This document shows, piece after piece, positions 12,731 to 27,705 of a stretch of DNA of 64,000 nucleotides. Location of the stretch: assembly GCA_964016885.1 (NCBI GenBank), contig OZ024744.1, forward strand, positions 86,056,001 through 86,120,000. The letters are read 5' to 3'. The first letter of the stretch is position 1, and each line of letters starts with the position of its first letter. The position numbers were made by a program, and so were the translations under genes. Below the pieces are notes generated by a model, which made no database searches, was not told the origin of the DNA, and saw only the letters and a list, made by a program, of their open reading frames with translations. Source of the stretch: Eledone cirrhosa (taxonomy: Eukaryota).

Positions 12731-12957
12731 ATATATTGAAAGGATAACAAGGACGATTGGTTACTCCTTCATTACATTTATTGTTAGGTGACGCGCGTTT
12801 CGCCACTGATCAGCTCAAGGTTCGATCTGTATCGATCTTACCCGATTCTATAATCGGCAGCTCGAACCTTGAGCTGACCAGTGGCGAAACGCGCGTCACC
12901 TACCAATAAATGTAATGAAGGAGTAACCAATCGTCTTTGTTATCCTTTCAATATATA
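12731..12957. mobile_element. Palindromic pLTR-like insertion with HHR 3' half
   Basis: Arms 12731-12829 and 12858-12957. GAAAC GCGC GTC at 12886-12897. Confidence 0.75.
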
Positions 12958-13115
12958 TATATATATATATAGTATAAAAGAGAAAAGACAGGTAAGCATT
13001 ATGAGAAGGATTTTATCCAGGTATTTACGACCGTTTCATTGGTAAGTGCAACCTTACATTGCTATACTGCAAATAGCAGCCACTCAATTATAATTGTTGT
13101 TCACGTCCAAATTTT

Positions 13116-13156
<41 letters not shown>

Positions 13157-13196
13157 TATAAGTACTAATAAAATAGATGTTCTTTTGATCAATTAC

Positions 13197-13249
13197 ATTT
13201 TATTATACATATTTCGGATGTACAACAGTACGTCCTCATCAGACAAAAT
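13197..13249 (-). ncRNA. Hammerhead ribozyme motif
   Basis: Minus strand: attttgt CTGATGA ggacgtac tgtt gtacatcc GAAA tatgta TA ataaaat. Confidence 0.82.
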
Positions 13250-13319
13250 ATAAAGATACATGACATACCCTGAGATGTTAAATGGTTAAGATTTAATCAA
13301 GGTATTTATTTTTATTTAT

Positions 13320-13372
13320 ATTTTCTCAGATGAGGACGTACTATTGTACATCCGAAATATGTATAATAAAAT
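13320..13372 (+). ncRNA. Hammerhead motif with mutated core (CAGATGA)
   Basis: attttct CAGATGA ggacgtac tatt gtacatcc GAAA tatgta TA ataaaat. Mirror copy of 13197-13249. Confidence 0.7.
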
Positions 13373-13724
13373 GTAATTGATCAAAAGAACATCTATTTTA
13401 TTAATACTTATATTTTAATAGTAATAACTCGAGAAATTTTTTTTTTATACGTTGAGCGCTTCCAATCTACTGTAAAACTCATTCTTTGACATAATCATTG
13501 AATATTGTTTAACACTTTAATATATACATATATATATATGTATAGTTGCGGTTTAGATATATTGAACGGTTGATATAAAGCACATATGGTAACTAGCTAG
13601 GTCAGTAAATAGTCAAAAGAGAATTGGCAAGCTTCCGACTAATTATCTAACTAACTTGAAATACCAGAATGTTCTCATTCGTTGTAGCTATTGTGATAAC
13701 ACGTGATAGACTGTGCTGTTATTT

Positions 13725-13944
13725 TTGGTGATGATGATGTTGATGATGATGTTGTTGATGATGATGATGATGATGATGATAATGTTGATGATGATGATGA
13801 TGATGATAGTGATTATATTGGTGATGGTGATGTTGATGATGATGATGGTGATGATGATGATGATGGTGATGATGGTGATGATGATGATGGTGATGATAAT
13901 GATGATGATGATGATGATGGTGATGGTGATGGTGATGATGATGG

Positions 13945-13988
<44 letters not shown>

Positions 13989-14244
13989 GTGATGATGGTG
14001 TTGATGGTGATGATGATGATGGAGATGATGATGATGATGATGATGATTATATTGATGCTGATGATCTTGAGTTTGATAATGATGTTGAGGATGATGATGA
14101 TGTTGAGAATGATGATGACTATGATGATGACGACGAAGACGACGACGATGACGACGGCGACGTTGATGTTGATGGTGATGAGAATGTTGACGACAATAAC
14201 TGTGATTATATTGATGATGGTGATGTTAATGATGTTAATGATGG

Positions 14245-14303
<59 letters not shown>

Positions 14304-14419
14304 GTGATGACGGCAACGGCGACAACGATGACGACGACGACGATGACGACGACGGGATGACGATAATGAGGAGAGAGTGATGATGATGATGATGATGTCG
14401 ATGAAAATGATGACGATGG

Positions 14420-14454
<35 letters not shown>

Positions 14455-14510
14455 CCGAAGATGGTGGTTGTGATTGTGCTAATGATGGTAGTTGTGGTGA
14501 TGATAATAAA
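13725..14510. repeat. (GAT)n/(GAC)n microsatellite
   Basis: Directly visible; explains the poly-D and poly-M ORFs. Confidence 0.97.
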
Positions 14511-14833
14511 ATTGATGGTTACTGATGAAAAAGATAAGAATTAGGAGGATGAGGATGAGTTTTGAGAGTAGGCGGACAGGATCTCAGCACAGATGGTTAT
14601 TTTTCGGGTGTGTATTAATGTCAAATAAACGAGCCACGGGGGGGGGGGGGCGTGTCATTGGAAGAGCAACAACACTTGTGTACTGAAGTAGAGGTTTAAG
14701 AATCTCTGCAGATGTGACAGAGCATCCTTTAAAACTTCCATGCTTCCTTAAATTCCCCAACACTACACCTAATATTCCCCCCCCCCATACACACGCACGC
14801 AAGTGTCTGTGTGTATATCATGACTCCTACACT

Positions 14834-15655
14834 AGCGGGTCGGACGCCATGCTTAGCAGCATAGAGTTACGGCCCTTGCCATTCTGAGTTCAAATCCCGC
14901 CGAGGTTAACTTTGCCTTTCATTCTTACGGGGTCGATAAAATAAAGTACCAGTAATGTACTGGGAAATTGCTGGCCTTGTGCCAAAAGTAGAAACAATTA
15001 TTCTATGTACTTTAGAGGATGGTGGATTAACAGTATCGGTAGAGGGTCTGACGCCATGCTTAGCAGCATAGAGTTACAGCCCTTTATTTTCTGTGTTCAA
15101 ATCCCGCCGAGGTTAATTTTGCCTTTCATCCATACGGGGTTGATAAAATAAAGTACCAATAATACACTGGGGGTAATTGTTGGCCTTGTGTCAAAAGTAG
15201 AAACAATTATTCTATGTACTATAGAGGATGGTGGATTGGCCGTATCGATGGAGGGTCGGGCGCCATGCTTTGCAGCATAGCGTTACGGCTTTTTTTTTTA
15301 TCTGAGTTCAAATCCCGTCGAAGTCAACTTTGCCTTTCATCCTTACGGAGTGAATAAAGTAAAGTACCAGTAATACACTGGGATAATTGCTGGCCTTGTG
15401 CCAAAAGTAGAAACAATTATTCTATGTACAACACATGCACCTTCGATGCGTTGTAGTGCACCTGAGCACTGTACACAATAATTTTCATTATTTGGTGGAA
15501 TGGCAGTATCGTTAGAGGCTCGGATGTCATGCCATTCTCAGTTCAAATCCTGCCGCGGTTAACTTTGCCTTTCATCCTTACGGGGTCGATAAAATAAAAT
15601 ACCAGTAATTTACTGGGTAATTTGCTAGCCTTGTGCCAAAAGTAGAAATAATTAT
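14834..15655 (+). mobile_element. SINE family 1 cluster: tandem trimer (14834-15420) plus an internally deleted copy (15493-15655)
   Basis: Three copies each followed by tattctatgtac. Confidence 0.85.
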
Positions 15656-15931
15656 TTTATTATCATTATGCACATCATTGTCCATGGCTTCACAATTTAG
15701 CGTAGAATGGTAGAAGACCAGCTGTATTTGTTTCATTAGATGTTTCATGGAACAAGCAACGGCTGTGTAGCTGTAGTGCATACCAATTGCTTCGATGGTA
15801 AGTTACATAAAGCATAAAAACTTTCGCTGAATGGTCGGGAGAGATTGATTAACGCCTGCGTTCTTTCGATGTAGAGAACTAGATAAAAGCATGAGAATCA
15901 GATCAGATAGTAATATATATAAGAGAAGCCA

Positions 15932-16152
15932 GGGCCGTGGATTGGCAGTATTGGTAGAGCGTCCGACAAAATGCTTTATAGCATAGGGCTACGTCCCTTT
16001 ACGATCTGTGTCCAAATCCTTCCGAGGTTAGCTTTTATTTTCATCCTTACGGAGTCGATAAAATAAAGTACCAGTAATGCACTGGCATCGATTTAATCGA
16101 CTTTCCCCTCCCACTAAATTGTTAGCCGTCAGCCTAAATTAGGAACCAATAT
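15932..16152 (+). mobile_element. SINE family 1, longer-tail variant
   Basis: Same head and core, with an extra gatttaatcgactttcccctccc segment. Confidence 0.75.
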
Positions 16153-17083
16153 ATTAGAGAAGCTAAGTACTTGTGCATCGCCGCTGTCCGGCTTTTTTTG
16201 GGGGAGGGGGATAGCTATGCTACTCCTTCTTTTCACGTGACAAAATGTACTGAACCATAACTCAAATAATTTAACCGTTCCAACGATCCAGTGTCACACA
16301 ATTCTTGACAATTACCATGGATATGCTTTTTTAACCATCGAGCTGCGATTCCACTGACTAGTTTGGGTTAATATGTGCACTTATCATCAGCGTATATTCC
16401 CTTATTGTAGTGCTTATAATTACAACGTTCATGGTGTCATCGTCCAAGATAACATCAACCCGTTCAGTTTACGCAGTATTGCCTCGAGACTTAGCAAACA
16501 CAGAAGGAATGAGAAATGAAACACTTGACTGACAGAGTGATTAACTCGACATGTTTCTTTCGTGTGGTTATCTAATCTGACCTCCTAGCAGATGAACTAA
16601 TACACCAAAGTCAGTGATCCGGTGTCAGCATATAGGACTGAAATAGGGTGTTTTGATGTTTTAATGACAGCAGACAAGTAACGATGGTTGAACCAATGAA
16701 CAATTTTGCTTTGATTAAAATTGACCAGAGCCTTACCGAAACCAGGCTTGTTACTCACCCTGTCTTCTATGTATTGCATGAGGTGGTTATTTCCGTGGAT
16801 AGATTTGCTTGGGATTGCACAAATCTTTGCATCCACAACCTCTTGTCTGACTCCTTAGTCAAATTATTAAACTCTTCATTCAAATGAGTTATGGTCTGGA
16901 AATTATCAATAGCGCCCCACTCCTCTGTTTAACTCATTCTCGCTTCGTCTCGGTCTGAGACAAAATTGTTTTCATTGTTTTTTTTTCATTTGACATTATC
17001 ATAGCTATGATTAGCTTTCGATTTAGGACAGACACCATAGCTTGAGATATACTATCCCATTATTTTCATTTTCTTTGTTTACT

Positions 17084-17297
17084 GAAGGCGTGTGGATGAG
17101 TGGTTAGAGAATTGGATTCACAATCTTGAGGTTGTGAGTTCGATTCCGGGACCGGGCGATGCGTTATGTCCTTGAGCAAGACACTTTATTTCACGTTGCT
17201 CCTTTTACCTGGAGTTGCGACCGATAGATAGTACTAGTAACTAGAAAGACCAACGGAAACATTGTTTCCATCGGTCCGATTTGACGAAAGTCGATCG
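17084..17297 (+). mobile_element. tRNA-derived SINE family 2 (CORE-like gtccttgagcaagacactt)
   Basis: A-box tggatgagtgg, B-box gagttcgattcc. Homologous to 29998 and 62443. Confidence 0.8.
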
Positions 17298-18580
17298 ACC
17301 GGTCCTTCTATCTGTGGTGTTTGTTTTATCCCACACACATCATAGGAAACATTTTAAAATTGTACTCTTAATTAAATCGTGCGAAACCATTTTGTTGGTT
17401 TGAGAGCTGATAAGAGTGAAGATGTGTGTGTGTAAACTTGTCTTGTACATCGCCTTTCTTTATTTTCCCCATCCGGTTACTTCAACGCGCCAACACAGAC
17501 TCCTAGTCCTCCCCCCTCTTTCAATCTCTTCTATATTCCATCTGCCTGTTACCCACCTTATGTATTGTCTCTGTTGACCACTGATCACTAGTTTCTGTCC
17601 CCTGAAGCATGTTTCATGTTTGCTCATCTTTGACAACATTCAGCTGTTTTAACGGCTATTCTAGTGATGGGTTTTCTCATTTGTATATGTATATATATAT
17701 GTGTGTGTATATAGGGTGGGGGTGGGGGTGTATTACAATGTATATTTTTTTCACTGTATCCCTGGAAATCCTGGACATGTGAAATATATATTATTTATAT
17801 TATTTAATAGATACTTATGAGCTTATTCTAGCAGGAATGTAATATTCTTAGTTTAATGAAACGGTCGAAAATCAATCACACTGTGACTTATTTAGAGCAC
17901 ACTTCACTCCTATGACTTTTTCAATTTTCAACGAATACTTCAATACTTATATATATAGGAGTGAAGTGTACTCTATGTAAGTTACAGAGCTAAATTTAAT
18001 GTATAATAAACAATACAATATAATTACCTCATTACCAGAGGTTTCCCGAATAAGACGATTACAAGAAACGTCCTCATTAAAAGCAATTGCCTTGTCTGAC
18101 GAACAAATGCGGACGTTTCTTGTATTTGTCTTATTCAGGAAACCTCTGGTAATGAGGTAATTATATTGTATTGTTTATTATACATTATATATATATATAG
18201 TAATGATAATAAATTTGAAGACTAAAATCCAAAGAGGGCTCGGTAAGGATAAATATATATATCAAATATATAAGAACCGTAGAGCAAATATTTATTAAAA
18301 TAAAAGATTAAAGTTTAAGCATAGAATCGCTGGTTTCACCCTTAACGGGATCTTTGCGTGTAATTGCTTTCACTGCACAAAATAATGATGTATTATCTTC
18401 GTTTTTTTCCGGTCTTTGCCAGGGAACGTTTCCACGAACCAAAGTATCGTCTTCTTGTCTTCCTTCGGTTGCAACGTTTTTGAAATATTTACTTCTGCGT
18501 TCACAGATTGACTTTTTTAGTTTCAGAAGATCCCGTTAAGGGTGAAAGCAGCGATTCTTTGCTTAAACTTTAATCTGTTA

Positions 18581-18906
<326 letters not shown>

Positions 18907-19036
18907 GAGGTTATATTTAATTTGTTGGGATACAACAAGCCAAATATTTTTATAACTGATATAAAGCACTCAACAAATTATTGGAGTAAATATACAATAT
19001 ATTAACAAATGGAAACTATATTTATAAAAACATATT

Positions 19037-19102
19037 TATTTCATTATACATATTTCAAGGGCCACCAAGGCAGATTATGGTGCGCTTTCATCAGATAAAA
19101 TA
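19037..19102 (-). ncRNA. Hammerhead ribozyme motif in pLTR fragment 18901-19180
   Basis: Minus strand: tattttat CTGATGA aagcgcacca taatctgcct tggtggccctt GAAA tatgta TA atgaaata. Confidence 0.75.
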
Positions 19103-19176
19103 TAATATAGATTAGTTTTATAAATAAATATTGACAAACCCTGAAAAATGCAACCTTCACGGTTGGAGTCTCCTGC

Positions 19177-19241
<65 letters not shown>

Positions 19242-19589
19242 GTATGGTTGCTATGATGCGTCCATAGGCGGTATGCCGGTTGAGCACTCTATGCTCCTAC
19301 ATGTATATATATATATATATATATGTGTGTGTGGTGTGTGTGTGTGTGTGTGCAGAGAAAGGAAGAAAGAGAAAGAGAGAGGGACGGAGAGAGAAGAAGA
19401 AGAAGAAGAAGAAGAAGAAGAAGAAGAAGAAGAAGAAGAAGATGACAAGTAGTTGGTAAAAAAAGTGGAATGTGCGAGTTTGTCATGATGGAAGGTTGAA
19501 GTCTAAAGTTTCAGATAGATCATTTCTGTATTAAAATACCATCTCATACTACAAGAATAATGAATAAACAAACAAAAAACTGCTGCTCA

Positions 19590-19591
19590 TG

Positions 19592-19659
<68 letters not shown>

Positions 19660-19693
19660 GCTACTACTACTGCTGCTACTGCTGCTGCTGCTG

Positions 19694-19772
<79 letters not shown>

Positions 19773-19786
19773 AACCACTACTACTA
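19590..19786. repeat. (CTA)n/(CTG)n microsatellite
   Basis: Directly visible. Confidence 0.97.
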
Positions 19787-19799
19787 GGATGATAATAAT

Positions 19800-20290
19800 A
19801 TTAACAGGAGGGGGAAATTACCCTCAGTGGATTACTGGTACTTTATTTTATCGACCCCCCGTAAGGATGAAGGTAAAGCTAACCTCGGCTGGATTTGAAC
19901 TCAGAATAATAATAATAGAGACAATAATAATAATGATTTCTACTTTCTACTGTTGGCACAGGGCCAACAATTGTTTTGGGGGGAAGGGGTAAGCCAACTA
20001 AATCGACCCAGTGTGTTACTGGTACTTTATATTATCGACACCGTAAAGATGAAAGTCAAAGCTAACTTCGGCGGCTTCTGAACTTAGAACGTAAAGGGAC
20101 AAAACTCTAAGCCACAATACGAGCATATTTTAAATTATTTTTATTTAAACATAGGTGTGCAAATATATGCAAAAATATTGTGATATGTACATAGAAAGTA
20201 CTTACTTATGTATATATAAACGTAAAGGGCTGTAACTCTATACTGCAAAACATGGTGTTCGACGCTCTACCGATACTACCAATCTACATT
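19800..20290 (-). mobile_element. SINE family 1 fragments (three pieces)
   Basis: Reverse-complement core and head at ~19815-19905, ~19936-20115 and ~20220-20287. Confidence 0.7.
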
Positions 20291-20566
20291 AACATAATCA
20301 TCATATTGAAATCATTATGTTGTTACCCTTCGATTAAAGTAAAAAAAAGGCGCTTTATTAGTTTTTATTGAAGACCATAAAATGCAATTTATTTTCTTTA
20401 AAAACAAGTTTAAAGTGATAAATTCCTAACCCCCACTCCAAAAGGAGTGTATGTATGTATGTATGTATGTATGTATGTATGTATGTATGTATGTATGTAT
20501 GTATGTATGTATGTATGTATGTGTGTGTGTATGTATGTATGTATGTATGTATGTATGTATGTATGC

Positions 20567-20619
<53 letters not shown>

Positions 20620-20661
20620 CATACATTCATATATATATATATATGAATGTATGTATATATA

Positions 20662-20739
<78 letters not shown>

Positions 20740-20852
20740 CAAGTATATATATGTATATGTATATACAACCATATATATGGATACAAAACAAAATTAATAA
20801 GTGACCAAATTTTTGAAACTGAACTGAAACTAAACGTAAAGATTATTACAAT

Positions 20853-21046
<194 letters not shown>

Positions 21047-21065
21047 CACACATTTCCATATATAG

Positions 21066-21122
<57 letters not shown>

Positions 21123-21578
21123 TATGTTTGTCGTTGTACATATGTACAGATACACACACACATGTATATATATATATATATTTAAATATACATTTATTTA
21201 TTTATCATCAATACAATACGGGAATTTATGTCTCAAAGTGCATGAAATGTGTTTAAGTGAGTTCGCATGGAAACTTTGGTACACACTTGTACAATAACTT
21301 AAAATGCCTTTTAGAAAGATGTATGCTTTTAGATCTTCAAATAAAAACTTATTTTTGTCTAAAACTATTTTAAATTGCTTTTCATCTTTTCCATGTAGAA
21401 TGAAGTGTTTTGGTTGGCAATTTTAAATAACACACACAAAGGCTCTCACATATGTATATATATATATATATGTATAAGTCTATACATATATATATATATA
21501 CGCATACATATATATATATATATATATATACATATGTGAGAGCTTTTGTGTGTGTTATTTATATATATAAATATATAA

Positions 21579-21611
<33 letters not shown>

Positions 21612-21615
21612 AATA

Positions 21616-21651
<36 letters not shown>

Positions 21652-21869
21652 TGTATATATATATATATTCGATATTTATAGACATAGTAAAAGCCGGGAG
21701 ATTGATTGCTGCATATTGACTTTAAATTATTGGTGTTTTCAATGCTTCAGAAATATACACTAATATATATTATACATTTGTGCAGATGGCATTTTCGTAT
21801 ATAAGGATGTACAGGAGTGGGTATATATATATTGGATACATATGTGTTTGTGTGAGTGTGTGTGTGTGT

Positions 21870-21938
<69 letters not shown>

Positions 21939-21980
21939 AAAATATATAGTTATATATTGTATATATGCATAAGAATATAT

Positions 21981-22111
<131 letters not shown>

Positions 22112-22330
22112 TATACATTTATATACAAGCACAAACAGATACATTCATATATGAAAATATGTACTGTATATATATATGCAATCAAGACGTCTTCAGTGTA
22201 ATTTCACTTAGCAGCCATTCAATAAATTTAGAGATAAACTAAACACTTACACTTAGATAACATATAGCATAAATATGTTCATTCTTATTTGCATAATGGA
22301 GGTCATACACATACACACACACACACACAT

Positions 22331-22394
<64 letters not shown>

Positions 22395-22399
<5 letters not shown>

Positions 22400-22590
22400 A
22401 ACAAGTAAGACCCCTACGGCTGAGCTCAAGCCGTTTCGACGGCTGATTCAGTACAGAATTAGCCGTCGAAACGGCTTGAGCTCAGCCGTCGGGGTCTTAC
22501 TTGTTCCTATTACCCACTCTACTACCCTAAGTATTGAGTACTTTGGTGCGTTATGGTCCACCTGGTTCCTTACCACATTTCCTTCGTTAT
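22395..22590 (+). mobile_element. pLTR-end family A, palindrome pivoting at HHR stem II
   Basis: Arms 22395-22449 and 22456-22510. GAAA at 22468 and GTC at 22488-22490. Confidence 0.8.
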
Positions 22591-22742
22591 ATATATATAT
22601 ATACACGCAAACACATATGCATACAATATATTTATATGTATTTATATATAAGTATATGTCTATATATATAGTTTCCGTTGAAAATTGAAAAAGTCAGAGG
22701 AATGAAGAGTGCTCTATGTAAGTTACAGAGCTAAATATTTAA

Positions 22743-22801
<59 letters not shown>

Positions 22802-22951
22802 TATATATATATGTATGTATATATATGTATATGCATATGTGTATATATGTATATACATATGTATATATATGTATATACATATGTATATATATGTATATAC
22901 ATATGTATATATATAAATATATATATGTATGTATATGTATATATATGTATA

Positions 22952-23183
22952 ATTGAAAATTGCAAACTTGACTGTCACAACACAATGTGAACCTGAAGAT
23001 TGCGAAAGCATGAAAGTACTTTTTCAATTCACATTTATTAACATCAATTAACATCAATTACCATACTATTTCATTCTAATACCATTATAATTTTAAAGGA
23101 TTGTAAATAAAACGAGTGAATCAGACAAAGTTGGAATTCCTTTTATTAATATAATCTTCTATACACAATCATACACACCCGTA
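22952..23183 (+). mobile_element. Solo pLTR of the Neptune-like PLE, with HHR at 22988-23026
   Basis: Aligns by eye to 11337-11556 with the same HHR core. Embedded in TA repeats. Confidence 0.85.
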
Positions 23184-23233
23184 TATATTTATCGCTCTAT
23201 ATATCTATATCTATATATGTATTTATATATATG

Positions 23234-23400
<167 letters not shown>

Positions 23401-23485
23401 ATGGAGCGCTAGTCTGCTCAATATGGAAGTTGTGTATTGCTAGTTTCTACCCGCCGAAATGCGAATCTCGCTAAATTTACATTCG

Positions 23486-23517
<32 letters not shown>

Positions 23518-23694
23518 TATTGAAGTTTGCTTGAAGCATTGTGGAATAATAGGTAAATATCTTTAAGTCGTTTGGAAGCCTCGACAATGCAAATGGGTAA
23601 ATCTCCGGGTAACAAGATCCGGTGGTGGAGAGAGAGATGTAAGTGGGTGTACGTTGAGATGCGTGGCGTGTATAAGACGTGTAGAAGAATGAAG

Positions 23695-23733
<39 letters not shown>

Positions 23734-23774
23734 GCATATATATACAAAAATATATATGTAAATATATATATTTA

Positions 23775-23875
<101 letters not shown>

Positions 23876-23944
23876 ATATATGTATGTATGTACTAATAAA
23901 CCTCTGTTCGTACTGCCTCTCTGTCTTGATGCCGTTCCATTTTT

Positions 23945-24022
<78 letters not shown>

Positions 24023-24024
<2 letters not shown>

Positions 24025-24214
24025 CGAAGGGAATATGGTACGGAACCAGATGGACCATAACGCATGAAAGTACTTAATACTTAGGGTAGTAGAGTGGGTA
24101 ATAGGAACGAGTAGGACCCCGACGGCTGAGCTCAAGCCGTTTCGACGGCTAAGTCTGGACTCCAGAATTAGCCGACGAAACGGCTTGAGCTCAGCCGTCG
24201 GGGTCCTACTCGTT

Positions 24215-24219
<5 letters not shown>
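24023..24219 (-). mobile_element. pLTR-end family A, palindrome pivoting at HHR stem II
   Basis: Centre tctgga-c-tccaga (24154-24166). The long arm is on the left. Confidence 0.8.
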
Positions 24220-24267
<48 letters not shown>

Positions 24268-24687
24268 GGATATATATGTATATATATTAAATCGTATTGA
24301 GAATATTAATGATTACGTATTCGACGGAAGCCCCGAGTTTATATATTCAATAAATGCTGCCATAAACATAAACAGACAGACACACACATAAACACACACA
24401 CACACTCACAGAGAGACAGAGTGAGAGGGAGAGAGAGAGGCGGCGACAGAGAGAGAGAAAGAGCGGGTGAGAGAGGGAGAGAGAGAAAGTTAGAGAGAGA
24501 GAGAGAGAGAGAAAAAGAAAGAGAGAAACACACACATATATATATATACATATGTGTGTATGTATATATGAATATACATATGTATGTATGTATATATATA
24601 AATAAATATATATATATATATGTGCATGTATATATATATATATAAATAAATATATATATATATATGTATATGTATATATACACATTG

Positions 24688-24765
<78 letters not shown>

Positions 24766-24807
24766 TGGAAGTTTAGTAAAACCGAAGCTTCATTAATGAA
24801 TAAGATA

Positions 24808-24842
<35 letters not shown>

Positions 24843-25214
24843 AACACACACACACAACTATATATATATATATAAGTATAGGAACACCCCAGTGATTAAA
24901 GAGGTAGGTAAATGTGAATTTAATAAAACTATGTTTGATTGATAATTTAAGTGTATCGAACCCTGAAGATTAAATAGAAAGGTTGACTTCAGCGTGAATT
25001 GAACTTACGGCGTAAAGAGCCGGGAATATAAATAAGAATAAAAACAGTAATATATTAGTATAATATAAAAGTATAATAGTATATTATGTAATATACGCTT
25101 GCATTCATATACACTCGCGTACACCGTAACTTACACAAATATATATATATATATATGCATATATGTATACAGATATGCATATATACATATATACATATAC
25201 ACACACACATACAT

Positions 25215-25292
<78 letters not shown>

Positions 25293-25434
25293 GTATATGT
25301 ATATACATATATATATTATATATATATGTATATATAATATATATGTATATCCATATAAATATACACACACATATATATAATATATATATATATATATATG
25401 TATACACACACATATATGTATATATATATACATA

Positions 25435-25572
25435 TAATTGTTTCTACTTTTTGGCACAAGGCCAGCATTTAACCCAGTGCATTACTGGTACTTTATTTTA
25501 TCGACCCTTTAAGGATGAAAGACAAAGTTAACCTCGGCGAGATTTGAACTCAGACCATAAAGGGCTGTAACT

Positions 25573-25640
<68 letters not shown>

Positions 25641-25812
25641 TTACATATACATTATAGACGCCATGCTTTCTAGCATAGTTATGTCCCTTTACAGTCTGAG
25701 TTCAAATCCCGCCGTGGTTAACTTTGGCTTTCATCCTTAAAGGGTCGATAAAATAAAGTACCAGTAATGCACTGGTAAAATGCTGGCCTTGTGCCAAAAA
25801 GTAGAAACAATT
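25435..25812. mobile_element. Two SINE family 1 partial copies in inverted orientation around (TA)n
   Basis: Minus copy 25435-25574 and plus copy 25656-25812. Confidence 0.8.
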
Positions 25813-25885
25813 ATATATAAATACATTATATACATATATATATACATATATACAGTATATATATATATATATACATATATGTATA

Positions 25886-25940
<55 letters not shown>

Positions 25941-26122
25941 ATATATTTATATGGGGGGGGGGGCGTTGTATAGATAAGATACAGGCACTCGGTGGCTGCC
26001 CTCCAGGCGTTTCGACAACTTGATCCTCTCTCTCTCTCTCTCTCTCTCTCTCCCCCCTTCGCTCTCTCCTCTCTCTCTATCTCTCACTCTTTCTCTCTCT
26101 CTATATATATATATTTATATAC

Positions 26123-26172
<50 letters not shown>

Positions 26173-26204
26173 AGATCAAAAGATGGTTAAAGGAGTTCCA
26201 TGTA

Positions 26205-26269
26205 TTTTATTATGCGCATTTCAAAAACAAACATCATCATGCAATAATATTTGTGTTTTCATCAGATAA

Positions 26270-26271
<2 letters not shown>
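26205..26271 (-). ncRNA. Hammerhead ribozyme motif
   Basis: Minus strand: ttttat CTGATGA aaacacaaatattatt gc atgatgatgtttgttttt GAAA tgcgca TA ataaaa. Palindromic stem III. Confidence 0.78.
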
Positions 26272-26309
<38 letters not shown>

Positions 26310-26510
26310 AGTATCTGTGTGTGTGTGGACGTGTCATCTTGTATATTGTCATTGGTGGTGAGGTGTTTACTTCTTCGATACGAATACAATCGTTTATATG
26401 TAGAGGTATATATATATTCAATAAGATATACTTATTTAACATTCTATGTCGTACACTATATATCAATTATGCACACAGAGAAACAGATATGTACGCACAC
26501 ACACATATAT

Positions 26511-26654
<144 letters not shown>

Positions 26655-26746
26655 TTAGGTTTGTTGGTTCACATGATCATAGTATAATAAATAAACCTTT
26701 CAAGGACTTACACAAGTCCAGCATCCTGTTATTTTAATATAATATA

Positions 26747-26781
<35 letters not shown>

Positions 26782-26859
26782 TTTATATACATACATACAT
26801 ATATAAATATGTCTATGTATATATACATAGACATATACATATGTATATATGTATATATA

Positions 26860-26937
<78 letters not shown>

Positions 26938-27598
26938 AATATATATGAATATATATATATATATATATACATGTGTTTATGTCTATGTGTATATACATAG
27001 ACATATACATATGTATGTATATATATTTATATATATATATATATATATGAATATATATAGATATGAATATATGTACATATATACATATGTATATGTCTAT
27101 GTATATATACATATATATATGTATACATATATATATATATACGTATATATATATATACATAGACATGTATACATTAATGCATACATGTACACGTACTATA
27201 TGTATACAGATTTAGTCAATCTATCAATTTCTCTCAATTTCCACTCATTTTCTTAGACACTGCGCACACACACACTGATATACGTGCGCACACACACACA
27301 AACATATTCACATGTATATACATATTCATATATATATGTATACGTATAAATATGTTAATATATATGTACTTATATATGTATACATATATATATAAATATA
27401 CATATATATAAGTATACACACACACACATATATATATATATACACATATAAGTATATATACACACACATATACACACATATATATATATATACGCATATA
27501 TATACAAGTATATATAAATTAAACTGCAACTAAGTTGACACTCTTTAACTAACGTCTTCCTTGTGAATTTTGCGCTCCTGCTTTCCTTAACTAATGAA

Positions 27599-27705
<107 letters not shown>

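Noticed and set aside
13703-14380. 225-aa Asp-rich ORF as an acidic biomineralisation protein
   Set aside because: Pure (GAT)n expansion, open in two frames, with no convincing signal peptide, and the repeat continues past the stop.
16759-16895. Minus-strand candidate exon (ttccag ... gtgagt)
   Set aside because: All three frames contain stops and I recognise no protein. It cannot be supported without RNA data.
17084-17157. tRNA gene
   Set aside because: The tRNA-like head continues into a SINE body found three times in the window, and there is no proper acceptor stem.
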